In this document: positions 13,508 through 26,904 of the stretch, piece by piece
Layout: each line of letters opens with the position of its first letter
Numbering within the stretch: the stretch's first letter is position 1
DNA from: Octopus bimaculoides
Lineage: Eukaryota
Assembly (NCBI RefSeq): GCF_001194135.2
Contig: NC_068984.1
Span: 116,694,386 to 116,758,385 of the forward strand
Direction: 5' to 3'
Length of the DNA: 64,000 bases
The notes under the pieces: generated by a model
Database searches by the model: none
The model's input: only the letters and a program-made list of their open reading frames with translations
Told to the model about the DNA's origin: nothing
Program-made: the position numbers and the translations under genes

Positions 13508-13694
13508 TCTTTTAATCTTGTTTCAGTCATTAGACTGCGGCCATTACGGGACATCCCCTGGAAGAAATTTAGTCGATCTAATCGATCCCTGTAGTTAATT
13601 TCTCTTCAAGCCTGGTACTTATTCTATCGGATCTTTTGCCGAACCGCTAAGTTACGGGAGCATAAGCACACCAACACCAGCACTGGTGGTGGAG

Positions 13695-13734
<40 letters not shown>

Positions 13735-13890
13735 TTATACGACAGGCTTCTTTCAGTTTCCGTCTACCAAATCCACTCACAAAGCCTTGGTCGTCCCGAA
13801 GCTATAAGAGAAGACACTTGCACAAGGTGGCATGGAGTGGGATTGAACCTGGGACCATGTGACTGGGAAGCACACTTCTTAACGCACAGC
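13508..13890 (-). mobile_element. SINE family B, full length, with internal (CA)n
   Basis: Reverse complement of both halves of family B, including the TTTCAGTCATTAGACTGCGGCCA tail. Confidence 0.85.
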
Positions 13891-14709
13891 AATGTATGTT
13901 TTTTTTTTCTGAGAATTTCCTTTGTTATTTCTATCTATGCTTGTAATGTTATCCACGCACGGCATATTGCATAAAGTAAAGAAATTGTAGCATTTGCTTT
14001 CACACCTCCACCGATCAAGGTTGAGTATGCATTTGTTTCATGTTTATACAAGTTTAGGCAAGATCTTTTTTTCTTTTTAGAAAGACTGGTAGTTTCTCAT
14101 GCATCCGTCTTACCTCTTTTCATCTCACAAAAATTAATCTAAATCCGGAGTCGGTAAACTTATATCATTGGTCCTTTCATAGAACCGTTGATAACTTACG
14201 TGAATTTCTAAAATTTTCTTTACTTAAAAACAATTCCGTTCTTTTGTGAAATTATTAAATTTTTAGTAAGAAACATCAAAAGAAATTTAATGAAAATATT
14301 TGTCGAAATTCATAAAGAACGATAAAAACTTATTCATCTTATATTGATTTTGTCGGAATAGTTAATGTAAAATATATTTGGTACGTTCTAGTTATTGCAT
14401 AGATATTTGGTTTGGAATTAGTGAATTTTAGCCTTAAATTACCGCACTTTTCCAGATTCAGTTCACTAATAATTCAACACCCTTATTCCAGATATTTGTT
14501 GACAACTTAGATAGCCACAGAAAACCTCGGAGGTCAATATTGATTACTTTGCTAACTCTTTGTCTAAAGGAAAGGCCACCGAATTAAGTCTGTACAGTTT
14601 AGCATCAGTGCCGTCGCAGGCGTCGCTGCCAGATCGCAAAGTTCTAGAACAGATATTGCAAGGCTGCCTGCTTGACTTTCAAATAGTTTCTCCATTCTAC
14701 CGACTGGAT

Positions 14710-14830
14710 TGGTACATATTTTATCGATCTTGAAAGGATGAAAGGCAAAGTTCATCTCGGCAGGATTTGAACTCGGTGCGTAGAGGTCCAGAACAAATGA
14801 TGCAAGGTATTCTCTCCAACACTCTAATGA
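14710..14830 (-). mobile_element. Diverged SINE family C
   Basis: GAAAGGATGAAAGGCAAAGTT..CTCGGCAGGATTTGAACTC. Confidence 0.65.
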
Positions 14831-15060
14831 CTACAAATTTGCATTGGCATTTGTATATAGTAGGGAGATCTTACGGGGAGAAAAACCTTTATAACAGGGA
14901 ATTGTAGTGGAATTTGGTTTAAACAGGATCTTGGTTCAGACGCAATTTATTAAACCTTCTTTGTGGCTTCATATAAATTCAGTGTCGTCAAACCTTTCAA
15001 TCACAGTTAATGACTGTTTAAAATTTCATTAAATTTTATTTAATTCTCTGAAAGAGAAAG

Positions 15061-15447
15061 TTGTTGTTGGTACTCCGTCGTTTACGACGTCGAGCGTTCC
15101 AGTTGATCCGATCAACGGAACGGCCTGCTCGTGAAATTAACGTGCAAGTGGCTGAGCACTCCACAGACACGTGTACCCTTAACGTAGTTCTCGGGGATAT
15201 TCAGCGTACAACAGTGTGACAAGGCTGACCCTTTGAATTACAGGTACAACAGAAACAGGGAGAAAGAGTGAGAGAAAGTTGTGGTGGAAGAATACAGCAG
15301 GGTTCGCCACCATCCCCTGCCGGAGCCTCGTGGAGCTTTAGGTGTTTTCGCTCAATAAACACTCACAACGCTCGGTCTGGGAATCGAAACCGCGATCTTA
15401 TGACCGCGAGTCCGCTGCCCTAAGCACTGGGCCATTGCGCCTCCACC
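15061..15447 (-). mobile_element. SINE family A, full length, with 11-12 bp TSD
   Basis: Complete head to (CAA)n tail; GAAAGAGAAAG(T) at 15050-15061 and 15448-15459. Confidence 0.92.
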
Positions 15448-16246
15448 GAAAGAGAAAGTAAAAGAGAAATAAAGATATATGATAATTTCTTATGTAAGCC
15501 TTCCCTGAAAATGAAATGTATCTTGAGGATTCCGCAAAAAAAGGGCGGGAAATGCAATTATATAATCGCAGCTAGCATGCGATGATCGTTCGTATCTCAC
15601 CTCAAGCAGATTTTGGAAACGATAAAATTACCAACCATGAAAAGATACATGGAGAAGGTACGCTGCTCTGTTGATTACATTGATGAGCTTTATCACATGT
15701 TACCTATTTAAGGTTGAAACAACAAAGCAGCAGCTGCTTCTTAACATTACATCTTATTGTCTTAAAAATGGAAGGAAGAACACGTCAATTAATGTCGCCC
15801 CTGATGCATTGGCTGAAAACATGATGGGATTATCATGTTTACAACATTTTTAACCATTAGTAGGTTTGATCAGAAATGACTTGAGTCTTTGCGACAATAA
15901 CATGATACTTTATATTTATATTTAGTGGTTTTAGACAATCGACTCACTCATTCTTTTCACCTAACTTCCCATTATGCTGTATAATTAACTACTGAAAATT
16001 TAAATGCAACGGTTGTGAAATATTACTGTTAATACTATTACGAGTAACGATAGGAATATCTCTTTGCTTTTGTGGATAATAACAGGTAAAGTTACGCAGA
16101 TACAATAATTATAATTGTACATTTTTTTAGCATATCATGGTGCTTTTTCAGTGTAATGAAATAAGTATTAGCTTCCAAATAAAAGATTTAAAAATTAGAT
16201 TAAGGTAAAATCAAATACAAAACAATTCACATATGCAGTAAATATA

Positions 16247-16468
16247 CAAGGGGGTACTGAAAGGTCCTTGGCTTTAATGGCTTCGCGAAAGACCTGGCTG
16301 GAAGCCCAACCTTCCGAGTTCTTTTACAGGGCTTAGAAAAATTTGAAGGTTCGCTGCAATAAGTGTGTGAATCTGAGAGAGGAATATGTTGAATAAAATT
16401 ATAATTAACTGATCCTCCTATGTTTTTTTTTTCTTTTTACCCAAAGCAGGAACTTTTGAGCACCCTTC
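16247..16468 (+). mobile_element. Mariner-derived MITE (internally deleted, keeps transposase C-terminal codons)
   Basis: TA|CAAGGGGGTACTGAAAGGTCC...GGAACTTTTGAGCACCCTT imperfect TIRs; internal GEYVE*-type end; same family in the opposite orientation at 59871-60100. Confidence 0.75.
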
Positions 16469-16756
16469 AAATGTTATTAATAACAATAAAACTGCTTAGC
16501 TACTAATTAATAACAGATATATTAATTTCTTATCAAGTGGCATGAGATTTTTAGTGTGATCAAGAAACCAACAATGAATAGTTTAGAAGAGTGTTACCCA
16601 TCGCATGACATTTTTCTAATATTGTGGGTATAATTCTAATAATAATATCTAATAATATAACAGAATTACAATTATAATATTCCTTATTTCCAATTTCATG
16701 GTGCTTGAAGTAAGCAACGAAATTAATATAATTTTGAAAAATAAAAAATATTTTTT

Positions 16757-16872
16757 CTAATTTTGGCACAAGGCCAGCAATTTTAAAAGGGTGGGGGGTC
16801 GATGTAATCGATCCTGGTGCTCAAGTGGTATTTATTTTACCATAAAGTAAAATGCACAGTTGACCTCGGCGA
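16757..16872 (-). mobile_element. SINE family C 3' fragment
   Basis: TTTTGGCACAAGGCCAGCAATTT..GTCGATGTAATCGAT. Confidence 0.7.
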
Positions 16873-17639
16873 AACTTAAGTTTAAATATAACCAAATATT
16901 TCGTTTGTATATCTGTGATAAATATATTTCATCAATAAAAATAGTACTTTTTAATAAGGATTGTAAAAATAGTGAGGCAACTTTTAAAAAAGACAATTAC
17001 AGAATTTTCACTCTTTAAGTTAAATACTCAAATGATACCAAACACTCCATTCCGATATAAGTTTAAAACATTGTATCCTTTTCCCCAGCCCATTTACTGA
17101 CAATTAATTTACTCATTTGCTTGTACTTCTTTATATAATTACAGTTTTACTAAAATTGTTTCGAAAATTTCAGATTTAATCTCATAGATTACTGATTATA
17201 TCAGTAATCTATGAGTTAATGTGAAATTGTCAGTTTCTGTGCTATAACTTTACAACAAACCAATAAAAACGATAATGATTATAACTGTACGAAAGATATA
17301 ATCATTATTTATTTAGAACTAGTTACTATCTTTTACCTCAGAAGTCTATTGTAGTCATAATTTAGTTAACAATTCTAAAGTGAACATTTACATAATAAAT
17401 ACTTTATATACAGATTTTATCTCAAAAGCTCATTTCTAATGCTTTTGTTAGCTATATTAAAAAAAAATCAATATTTACATCATAAAAATCTAAACATTTA
17501 TTTTACTTAAATAAATATGTATAACTATATTTTTACGAAAACTCAGTCATCTTGCAAAAGATATCTTTGTTTCATATACAAATTCTGGCAAACAAAAACT
17601 CAATATTTATTTATTGTAATGACGAACGCTGGTACCAAT

Positions 17640-17909
17640 GGTAACTAAAGGTAAAGTAAAGGTTACCTGCTCGAGTCATGCCGACTTACAAGGGCCGTTT
17701 TTCCGGTTTCCATGGTGTATGAATTCTCCACCTGGACGAGACGACTGTCCGTCGCAGGATTACTCATTTTTGTCAACTGAGTAGACAAGAGCAATGTGAA
17801 ATGAAATGTTTTGCTCAAGAACACAACGCATCACCCGGTCCAAGAAGCGAAACCACAATGTTACGATCATAAATCCAACACCCTAACCACTAAGCCACGC
17901 GCCTCCACA
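17640..17909 (-). mobile_element. SINE family D, near full length
   Basis: Reverse complement reads TGTGGAGGCGCGTGGCTTAGTGGTTAGGG..TTGTGTTCTTGAGCAAAACATTTC..AAATGAGTAATCCTGCGACGGAC..GAAACCGG. Confidence 0.8.
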
Positions 17910-18375
17910 GTTAAGCTGAAAAAGTAATGTTGCTACGTGCTAAATTGACGCCTGGAATGAAAGCACTTTCTCCTCTATTGCTACCGTTTAATATTTCTGT
18001 ATGATAAAAGTAACTGCGAGATTATTTCTATGATTATTCGTATGTTATTTAGTGAAACTTCTCATGGATCGAGGTTACACACCATCATCATAATACAGCC
18101 AAATTTCACTTTCAAAATATGAGGTGGCATTCCAGATGGAGTTTGTTCATTTAAAAGCTCCAGAAGGAAAATTAAGAGCCGCCCCATCCTTATCATCGGT
18201 AGTGGTATCATTACTTATATATTCGTTTGTTAGGTATGAGCTACAGAATGAGGTTCGATGTATCCTTATTTTTCGTAGTGAGTAATTCTTATGGATAAAT
18301 CAACAATGATTATTCATTACTGAAGTAGTTGATTGAATCCCCATAGATATTGAATGCAATGTTATTGGTAATCAT

Positions 18376-19006
18376 AAAGCCGCGAGCTGGCAGAATTGTT
18401 AGCACGTTAAGCAAAATGCTTAGTGATATTTCATACGTCTTTGCATTCTGAATTCGTACCGCCCAGGTTGACTTTGCAGTTCATTCTTTCGAATTTGATA
18501 AAATAAATACCAGTCAAGTACTGGGATCGATGTGACTTGCCCACTTAGCCGAAATTGCTGGCTTTGTTCCAAAATTTGAAACCAACATCATTGGTAATCA
18601 TTACTAACGGCATCGACGACGGCGAACTAGCAGAATTGTTAGCGTTTCGGAAGAAATACATCGCGGTATCTCTTTTGCTTTTTTACGCGCTGAGTTTAAT
18701 TCCTGCTAAGGCAACTGCATTTCGTCCTTCCATAGTCAATAAAACTAAGTACCTTATTTTGACGGAATAAAAGCCACACTTTGATGGCAGATATCATGCG
18801 TTTTTCTCCAAAGAAATGTTTCAAAGGCGGCGAGCTGGCAGAAATGTTAGCGCGCCGGGCGAAATGCTTAGCGGTATTTCGTTTGCCGTTACGTTCTGAG
18901 TTCAAATTCCGCCGAGGTCGACTTTGCCTTTCATCCTTTCGGGGTCGATTAAATAAGTACCAGTTACGCACTGGGGTCAATATAATCGACTTAATCCATT
19001 TGTCCC
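18376..19006 (+). mobile_element. Cluster of three same-strand SINE family C copies (18376-18595, 18619-18755, 18824-19006)
   Basis: Each starts with a GGCGAGCTGGCAGAA-like head; divergence differs between copies; the last runs into the gap. Confidence 0.85.
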
Positions 19007-20003
19007 NNNNNNNNNNNNNNNNNNNNNNNNNNNNNNNNNNNNNNNNNNNNNNNNNNNNNNNNNNNNNNNNNNNNNNNNNNNNNNNNNNNNNNNNNNNNNN
19101 NNNNNNNNNNNNNNNNNNNNNNNNNNNNNNNNNNNNNNNNNNNNNNNNNNNNNNNNNNNNNNNNNNNNNNNNNNNNNNNNNNNNNNNNNNNNNNNNNNNN
19201 NNNNNNNNNNNNNNNNNNNNNNNNNNNNNNNNNNNNNNNNNNNNNNNNNNNNNNNNNNNNNNNNNNNNNNNNNNNNNNNNNNNNNNNNNNNNNNNNNNNN
19301 NNNNNNNNNNNNNNNNNNNNNNNNNNNNNNNNNNNNNNNNNNNNNNNNNNNNNNNNNNNNNNNNNNNNNNNNNNNNNNNNNNNNNNNNNNNNNNNNNNNN
19401 NNNNNNNNNNNNNNNNNNNNNNNNNNNNNNNNNNNNNNNNNNNNNNNNNNNNNNNNNNNNNNNNNNNNNNNNNNNNNNNNNNNNNNNNNNNNNNNNNNNN
19501 NNNNNNNNNNNNNNNNNNNNNNNNNNNNAGAAAGTCACCTCCAAGGAAAAATACATTTTTACCAGAATAATCATTCTGCATAAATTCCATCAGAGGCTGT
19601 TACTTTTACCTACATTTCTTCTTCGAACCAGAAGTGTAGGTAATAGAAATGACATTCTTTGCATTGTCTATATAATGCGTAAACAACCACATTAGCAATT
19701 GTTTTCTCCTTATATTCCTTTGGATTAAGTTTATTTATACAACTTCCATTGTCCATACATAGGACATTTGGTTTATCACCCTCATTGTCCATTTATCAAA
19801 CAGCATAGAATTATTGTACAGGTTATGTTTTAGGACCAGATATTTCTGGACAAACTGTTTTATCAATATCATTTGGGGTCAATCTTAGCATCTCGTTCTA
19901 AGATGATTCAAATATGAGCATGAGGAAGGTTACGTTTTTAAAATTCTATCGAATAAACAAAGTGACACAAGTTTACCAAATATTCAGTTTTTAAGAATTA
20001 TCT

Positions 20004-20405
20004 GAAGGCAAGGCTGTGTGAATAAAACGATCGCTTTGCAACCACGTGGTACCGGCTTCAGTCCCCCTGCACGCATCTTTGGAAAGTATCTTCTACTATA
20101 ACGCATGGCTGTCCAATGCCTTGTGAACGAGTTTGCCAGATGAAAACTGCAGGAGTCCATTGTATATGTGTGTGTGTGTGTGTGTTTGTGTATGTGTGTA
20201 TGTGTGTAAGTTTATGTCTTTGTTCTTGTCACCTGCCACCGCTCGACAACCAACGTTGGTTTGCTTGCGTCACCGCAACGTAGCGGTTCAACAAATGGGA
20301 AAGACAGAATAAGTACCACACTTAAATACATGTACAGTGGTCGATTTGTTTGATTAAGACTTCCAAGGCAGTGCCCCAGAATTGTCGCAGTCTAGTGACT
20401 GAAAG
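20004..20405 (+). mobile_element. Diverged SINE family B with internal (TG)n
   Basis: Both halves recognisable (GGAAAGTATCTTCTACTATA; GACAACCAACGTTGG..GATAGAATAAG-like..GGTCGATTTG). Confidence 0.75.
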
Positions 20406-20748
20406 ATATCAATATCATTAAGATATCATTCATATTCAGCTTCATATTTAACACTTTGGTTATCTGATGTCTGTTACAAATAGATTATTCTATATTTCTG
20501 TCCATTTTAGATTAGCAGTCTCACTAATTAATAAATCAGCATTTCCATTTGTTGTTACTATGGCCATGGTATCATGGCACTTCTCTCTCATGGTCTATGG
20601 AAGACCTCAGAAATATGCTATTCTTCATACTTGCACACTAACTTTGTTGGCAATATGAGCTAAATGACAAGATAATCAATTGTTTATATTGCTCGGCTAA
20701 TACGTTGCTGCGAACGGATATACTTCAAGTTACTTGCCTCAACATATA

Positions 20749-21897
20749 TCAGGTCATCCCATAAGTTCTATCCGATTTTACCTTTTTTCAAATTGAATTA
20801 AATTAATAGCATTTTATAATGTCGAATAAAATATAAAATTATTTTTATACATTTGTGTACATTTAAACTAATTAAATATTATTTTACAGAATAATAGAAT
20901 TAAAATTGTTTTGATTAAAATCCTTTCTAACATGGAAATATCCAAAGAGCATTTGAGGTACATAATGCTTTATGAGTACAAAAAAGGAAACTCTGCAGCC
21001 GAAGCGACTCGAAACATACACTCAGTTTATGGGAAAGAATGCTTGAATGAAAGAACTTGCAGAAGATGGTTTACAAAATTCAGAAGTGGAGATTTTAGCC
21101 TTGAAGATGAAGATCGAACAGGACGTCCAGTTGAGTTTGATGCTAAGCTCCTTGAGGCATTACTTGAAGAAAATGCTGCATTGTCAGTTGAAGAATTGGC
21201 AATAAAGCTTAGTTCAAACTACACAACTGTTCATCGTCATCTTCAACAACTTGGAAAGGTTCCTAAACTTGGAATTTGGGTGCCTCATGAATTGTCCGAA
21301 AGCAACCGCAAATCCCGAGTTGACATCTGCTCTTCTCTCCATTCTCGCGAACTCATTTGACCCCTTTTTGGATAGACTTATGACTGGTGACGAAAAATGG
21401 ATCTTCTATCGAAATGTTAAACGTCATAAACAGTGGCTTGGTAAAAGGGAAAAAGCTCAACCACAACCGAGAAGGGAACTTCATGGCAAAAAGGTTCTTC
21501 TCTCTATTTGGTGAGACTGCAAAGGAGTAATTCACTTTGAATTGTTACCACCTAATGCCACAATCAATGCTCAAGTCTACTGTCAGCAATTAGAGCGTTT
21601 GAACTAAGCTTGAAGAAAAAAAGTCCCGCTTTAGTGAATCAAAAGGGAGTGATGTTTCATTAGGATAATGCGCGACCCCACACTGCAAAGATCACATCAC
21701 AAAAGATCGAAGAGCTTGGTTGGGAAAAAATTCCTCATCCACCTTATTCTCCTGACCTTGTTCCTTCAGACTATCATTTGTTTCGTAGTTTACAGAATCA
21801 TTTGGGGGACATAACTTTCGCAAGTAAGGAGGAGGTCGAAACTGACATTTCAGAGTTCTTCGCTTTGAGACCAAAAGAATTTTACATTGATGTGTAC
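20749..21897 (+). mobile_element. Mariner (DD34D) transposon relic, transposase pseudogene; 3' end cut by a SINE
   Basis: TA|TCAGGTCATCCCATAAG left end; ATG at 20932 (MEISKEHLRYIMLYEYKKG..), WVPHEL, TGDEKW, DNARPH-34 aa-YSPDLVPSDYHLF. One frameshift near 21350; stops at 21512, 21605 and 21661. No right TIR found. Confidence 0.95.
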
Positions 21898-23073
21898 AAA
21901 TTCCGCTGAGGTCGACTTTGCCTTTCATCCTTTCGAGGTCGATAAACCAGGTATCAGTTGAGTACTGGGGTCGATGTAATCGACTTACCCCACACCCCAC
22001 ACTGAAATTGCTGGCCTTGTACCAAAATTTGAAACTAATATTTGGAAGAGTTAATGAACTATACAGAACTAAAACATTAAAACATCGAAGTCAACATTAT
22101 ACTTTATAATTCAGTTCTTTCCTTTGTATCCATGAGTGCACAGTTTACTGACTCAACTGGACATGGTCCTTGTTTCAGAGTTCATGGTCAAATCCATCAC
22201 TGCATGATTAACTGCACCCAAATGATAGTGAGCAGTGACTTTTTGCACAGCTCTACGTTGTAGAATATAAAGAAGCAGATGATACTTGAACAAGTGATAG
22301 ATACATAATTATAACTGCTTAGAAGAAATAATTTAAAATCTTATATGCAAAGGGTGAAAAACATTAAGGGAAGTCAGGCGTAAAGACGGACGAAATGCTG
22401 CTAAGCATTTTGCTCGGTGTGCTAACAATTCATCCAGTTCGCTGCCTCTCCTGAAAATACCGGTTTCAAATTTTGACACAAGGCCAGCAGGTCTGAGGGA
22501 GGGGTTAAGTTGATTACATTGACTCCAGTGTTCAATCCCAAAATGATGAAAGCTTAAGTCGACCTCGGCGGAATTTGAACTCGGAACTTAAAGATGGTTG
22601 AAATGCTGCTAAGTATTTTGTTAGCCCGCTGCCTTAACTCCGCCAATTATTAAAAAATTCATCACGCTGATGCTGTAACAAAGCGTTATCCTTATGACAG
22701 CAGTTGTGAAATTTCTTAACGTTGGGAGTTTGATGAATCACAAAACTAACATACAATTTCTATTTTTCCACAACTATATTCCTCACGTATCATTATTTGC
22801 TTCAATTTAGCTTCTAACTTTTCCCGCGAGTCATAATTCTCTGCCGGCGAGCTGGCGGAATCGTTAGCGTGCCGGGTGAAATGCTTAACGGTATTTCGTC
22901 TGCTGATACGTTTTGAGTTCAAATTCCACCGAGGTCGATTTTGCCTTTTATCCTTTAAGGGTCGATAAATTAAGTACCAGTTACGCACTGGGGTCGATGC
23001 AATCGACTTAATCCTTTTGTCTGTCCTTGTTTGTCCCCTCTATGTTTAGCCCCCTGTGGGCAATAAAGAAATA
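21898..23073. mobile_element. Cluster of four SINE family C copies (21898-22045 +, 22372-22448 -, 22460-22640 -, 22843-23073 +)
   Basis: Family C motifs in both orientations; the last copy is full length and has a possible 8-bp TSD TAATTCTC (22834-22841 / 23076-23083). Confidence 0.85.
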
Positions 23074-23569
23074 CGTAATTCTCAACCTCTCTTCTATTTT
23101 CTGCCTTCCATTTTGTCAATCGGGAACACCTGGATTGCAGATTTCGGTACCCTTTTATTCCCTTCTATGCTGGAGTTGTTCTTGAGGTAAATATTTTGAT
23201 GATGTGCACAGCTAACAGATACCATTCTTTACGTCACAGTTTTGAGGCTGAATCTTGGTTTCATTATGTTAGGTTCGTCACTGTAAAAGATACGAAACTT
23301 GCCTTTAATTGTCTCATATTTTCAGTATTCGAGCAGCTTGAACACTTTCATTATCTTTTCTGTCTGCAATACTCCCGCCTTCAATCCATATCTTTCCTTT
23401 GATTTCATCTTGCGATAACTTTGTTCCTTCTTGCTGCGACGCTAATTTTATATATTCTCATTTCCTCTATTTTTTCTCCTGGGGATAAATGGTCTGTTCT
23501 TTCTGCAAATCTTTCTTTTATCCTACTTCCTTTCTTATGTTTCCTTTTGTGTTGAATTTCTTCTATGAG

Positions 23570-23573
<4 letters not shown>

Positions 23574-23612
<39 letters not shown>
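23574..23612. repeat. (CT)n microsatellite
   Basis: Directly visible. Confidence 0.95.
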
Positions 23613-23614
<2 letters not shown>

Positions 23615-24039
23615 ATTCTCTTCCTTTTCACCACTTCTTCTTGTGATGCACCAAGTCATTCCAAATAGTTTCTTAAGTAATCGTTTTCTCTCTTAGTCTC
23701 CCGTTCATATTCTTTTTCTTTTTTTTCTTTTTGTTGCAACAATGACCGTTTCCTGCGTTGGACATTTTCAGTTCTTGCAGCTGCAGTTTCACTTTGAACT
23801 TTATCGTTCTCTCTCCCTCTCCTGTTTTTTTTTTCTTCTTTCTTTTACGTTCTAGTCTTTATTGCTATTCTTTTTCAGTTTCCTTAGTTTTATGTAGTTT
23901 TACAAAACAATTATTTGGAAATTTTAACATAAGTTCTCTTCATTTACTTCATTGTTAACTGTTAAAAAAACGTCTAAAACGTTTACCAAGTTCTCTAGTA
24001 GTTTTCAGGTTCGGTTTTCTTGATTCCTTAAACAATATA

Positions 24040-24394
24040 GGCGCAGGAGTTGCTGTGTAGTAAGTAGCTTACTTACCAACCACATGGCACCTGGTTCAGT
24101 CCCACTGCGTGGCATCTTGGGCAAGTGTCTTCTTCTATAGCCTCGGGCCGACCAAAGCCTAGTGAGTGGATTTGGTAGACGGAAACTGAAAGAAGCTCGT
24201 CGTATTTATGTATATATATTATGTCTCAAGCTACTGCTATCTAGCACCTTCGGATGATCTCTACTCAACCGCTACACAACTGCTACTCGACTGCTACTCG
24301 ACTGCTACTCAACACACCTACCACGGCCAGACTACCTCTATTTATATGTCTTGGGAGATCCTACTTCTTCGCCTGGGGGCGTCGACACATATAC

Positions 24395-24438
<44 letters not shown>

Positions 24439-24650
24439 ATGTTTGTGTGTTTGTGTTTGTCCCCCAAGCATTGCTTGACAACCGATGCTGGTGTGTTCAT
24501 GTCCCCGTCAATTAGCGGTTCGGCAAAAGAGACCGATAGAATAAGTACAAGGCTTACAAAGAATAAGTCATGGGGTCGATTTACTCGACTAAAGGCGGTG
24601 CTCCAGCATGGCCGCAGTCAAATGATTGAAACAAGTAAAAGTGTAAAAGA
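24040..24650 (+). mobile_element. SINE family B, full length, carrying a ~160-bp insert in its internal microsatellite
   Basis: GGCGCAGGAG head, (TA) tract, foreign 24222-24385, (TG)n, then 3' half ending GGCGGTGCTCCAGCATGGCCGCAGTCAAATGATTGAAAC. Confidence 0.9.
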
Positions 24651-25179
24651 GAATTATTTGGAAAAAACTTTATGTATGCCATATATTAACAACGTTTATA
24701 TCGTCTGCGGCTTCATTCATATAACATAACCCTTTCTCTCCCATACTTTCTCTGTCTTCTGCCGTCACAATTACTGTTTTGTCATTACATAGTAACTGTC
24801 GTTCTCCAGTAAGCTCTTTCAGAATTTTAGAATTTTAATTCCTAACGATAAAGTAGTTCGTTGGTATTGAAACTGAATAATGAATTTAAGAAAAAAGCTG
24901 TGAAATGCGACCGCGAACGCAAACCCCACCTTTAAAAATAGTGCACGTGTATCGCCATATTTTAGGAAATCGCAAAAGTCAACCCAACTGTAATGCAACA
25001 GAAGGGCCTCACTTTGGATAAACCATGTTTCACCCTTGCGCTTGAGTAGTTTGATTTAAGATTATCATATACAATATTGCACAGTTCAAATAGATTACTA
25101 CTGTATTCCAAGCAAATAACCCTCCCATAAATACGAAATAAAAGTAAAAGAAAAAAGAAAACGGTTGTACAAGATATAA

Positions 25180-25747
25180 GCATAGTTGTTTGATAATTAA
25201 ACTCGCTTTGCAGACATATGGTTTCAGGTTCAGTTCCACTGCACTGCACCTTGGGCAAGTGTCTTCTACCCTAGCCTCGGGCCGACCAGTGCCTTGTGAG
25301 TGAATTTGGTAGGTGAAAACTGTGTGGAAGCTCATCTAGAATAACCATCTATGTACCATACTTAAGGCGCATACACCATTGAATACGTATACTTGTGTAC
25401 GCGTTTTATTGTGTGTTTGCATGTGTGTGTGTGTGTGTGTGTATGTGTGTATGTGTGTGTGTGTGTGTTTACGCACGTGCGTGTATGTGTGTGTTTACGT
25501 ATGTGAGTGTATGTGTGTGTGTGTGTTGGATTTGTGAAGTATATGTTCCTCCCAACCGCTTGATAACTGGTGCTGGTTTGTTTACGTTCTCTTAAGTTAT
25601 TGCTTCCGCCAAAGAGATCGATAGAAGAAGTACCAGACTCCCCCCAAAAAACAAATACTGGGATCGATTTGTTATATTAAAACCCTTCAAGGTGATGGTC
25701 CAGCATGGCCGCACTCCAGTTACTGAAACAAGTAAAAGATAAAAGAT
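25180..25747 (+). mobile_element. Diverged SINE family B with long internal (TG)-rich tract
   Basis: CACCTTGGGCAAGTGTCTTCTAC..GGCCGACC; 3' CCAGCATGGCCGCA..CTGAAACAAGTAAAAGA. Confidence 0.8.
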
Positions 25748-26731
25748 GCATTATCATGAGATTATAAAAAGTAGACATAGCAAAATTTGTATAATGTTGT
25801 ATTTTTTGCGGTTTGATTTGTTTTTCTAATATCCAGAATTGACTTTGTAACAAAATACAACGAGAAAACAAATATGAAATGAGAAGATATGATGGAAGAG
25901 ACTTCAGATGGAAATATTAAATGCTGATAAAAATACGGAACGATTACAATACAGTTAAATTGGATAATCATTCTGGATATGAATTTATGTGACCAAAAAG
26001 CTGATCTTAACACTGCATTCTTTTTGTATATTTTTGTGTATTTTCGTGCAAGCCTGCATAAATCTTGGAGGTAATACATCAGTCTAGTCATAAACACAAT
26101 GATAATGAACCAACTTACTTTAATTGACTTACTTGGAATTGAAGCACAAATTATCTGATGCCAAAGAAAAACCAAAAAAGATCACAGTAATAATAATAAT
26201 ACAGATATAGAACATGAAAAATGGTTGGTATTCTATAAACGTTTATCGAATAACGCGCAAAAATTTTGAGTTAGAGATTGATTCTTTAATGATAATAAGT
26301 TATTCCATTTATCTTTGCAGCTCATATTAACGTTTGTACATTAATCGATTTACTCTTCGTGTTTCAAACATCTAGAGATGCTTTCAAATATAATTATAGG
26401 CTCTGATCCGCTAAATTCCAGGAGGAGTACATTAATAGGTGTACTATTTTGGGTACACAAAATTACTGTCATAGATGCGGATGCTATTTCAATACTGAGA
26501 CGATTAGAATGATACAGTTGGTTTTTATTTGACCTTAGGCATATGAGACAAAAACCATAAATTACGTTAGAAATACTGGAGATATAGATGAAAGCAAGGA
26601 GATGAGTAAACCATCATATTTGCTTCTAATCCAACTAGATGGAGAAGAAGCGAAAATGGGGGCTTGTTTCACGATGGTCTGAACGTTCATGACCTGGATG
26701 ACAAGTTCAGTTTGTGCAGACCAAAGGAACC

Positions 26732-26768
<37 letters not shown>

Positions 26769-26904
26769 TGCAAAATAGCGTGGTTTATAGTTTACCGGAA
26801 GCGGAAGTAGTGAAAAAGAAGGATATGAGCAAGGAAAACGACAATCAGGTTGAGATTTTTAAAAAAAGGGTTTATGGGTTCCGTTAATTTTTTTCTGTAA
26901 AAAC

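Noticed and set aside
14560-14760. Open frame LSKGKATELSLYSLASVPSQ.. after a CTAAC/pyrimidine tract
   Set aside because: The acceptor is a weak AAG, there is no donor outside the adjacent SINE, and I recognise no homology.
23080-23960. Strand-biased tract resembling a decayed ORF (likewise 41150-42130 and 19560-19960)
   Set aside because: All frames have many stops and I could not recognise a motif; these may be old LINE fragments but cannot be supported.
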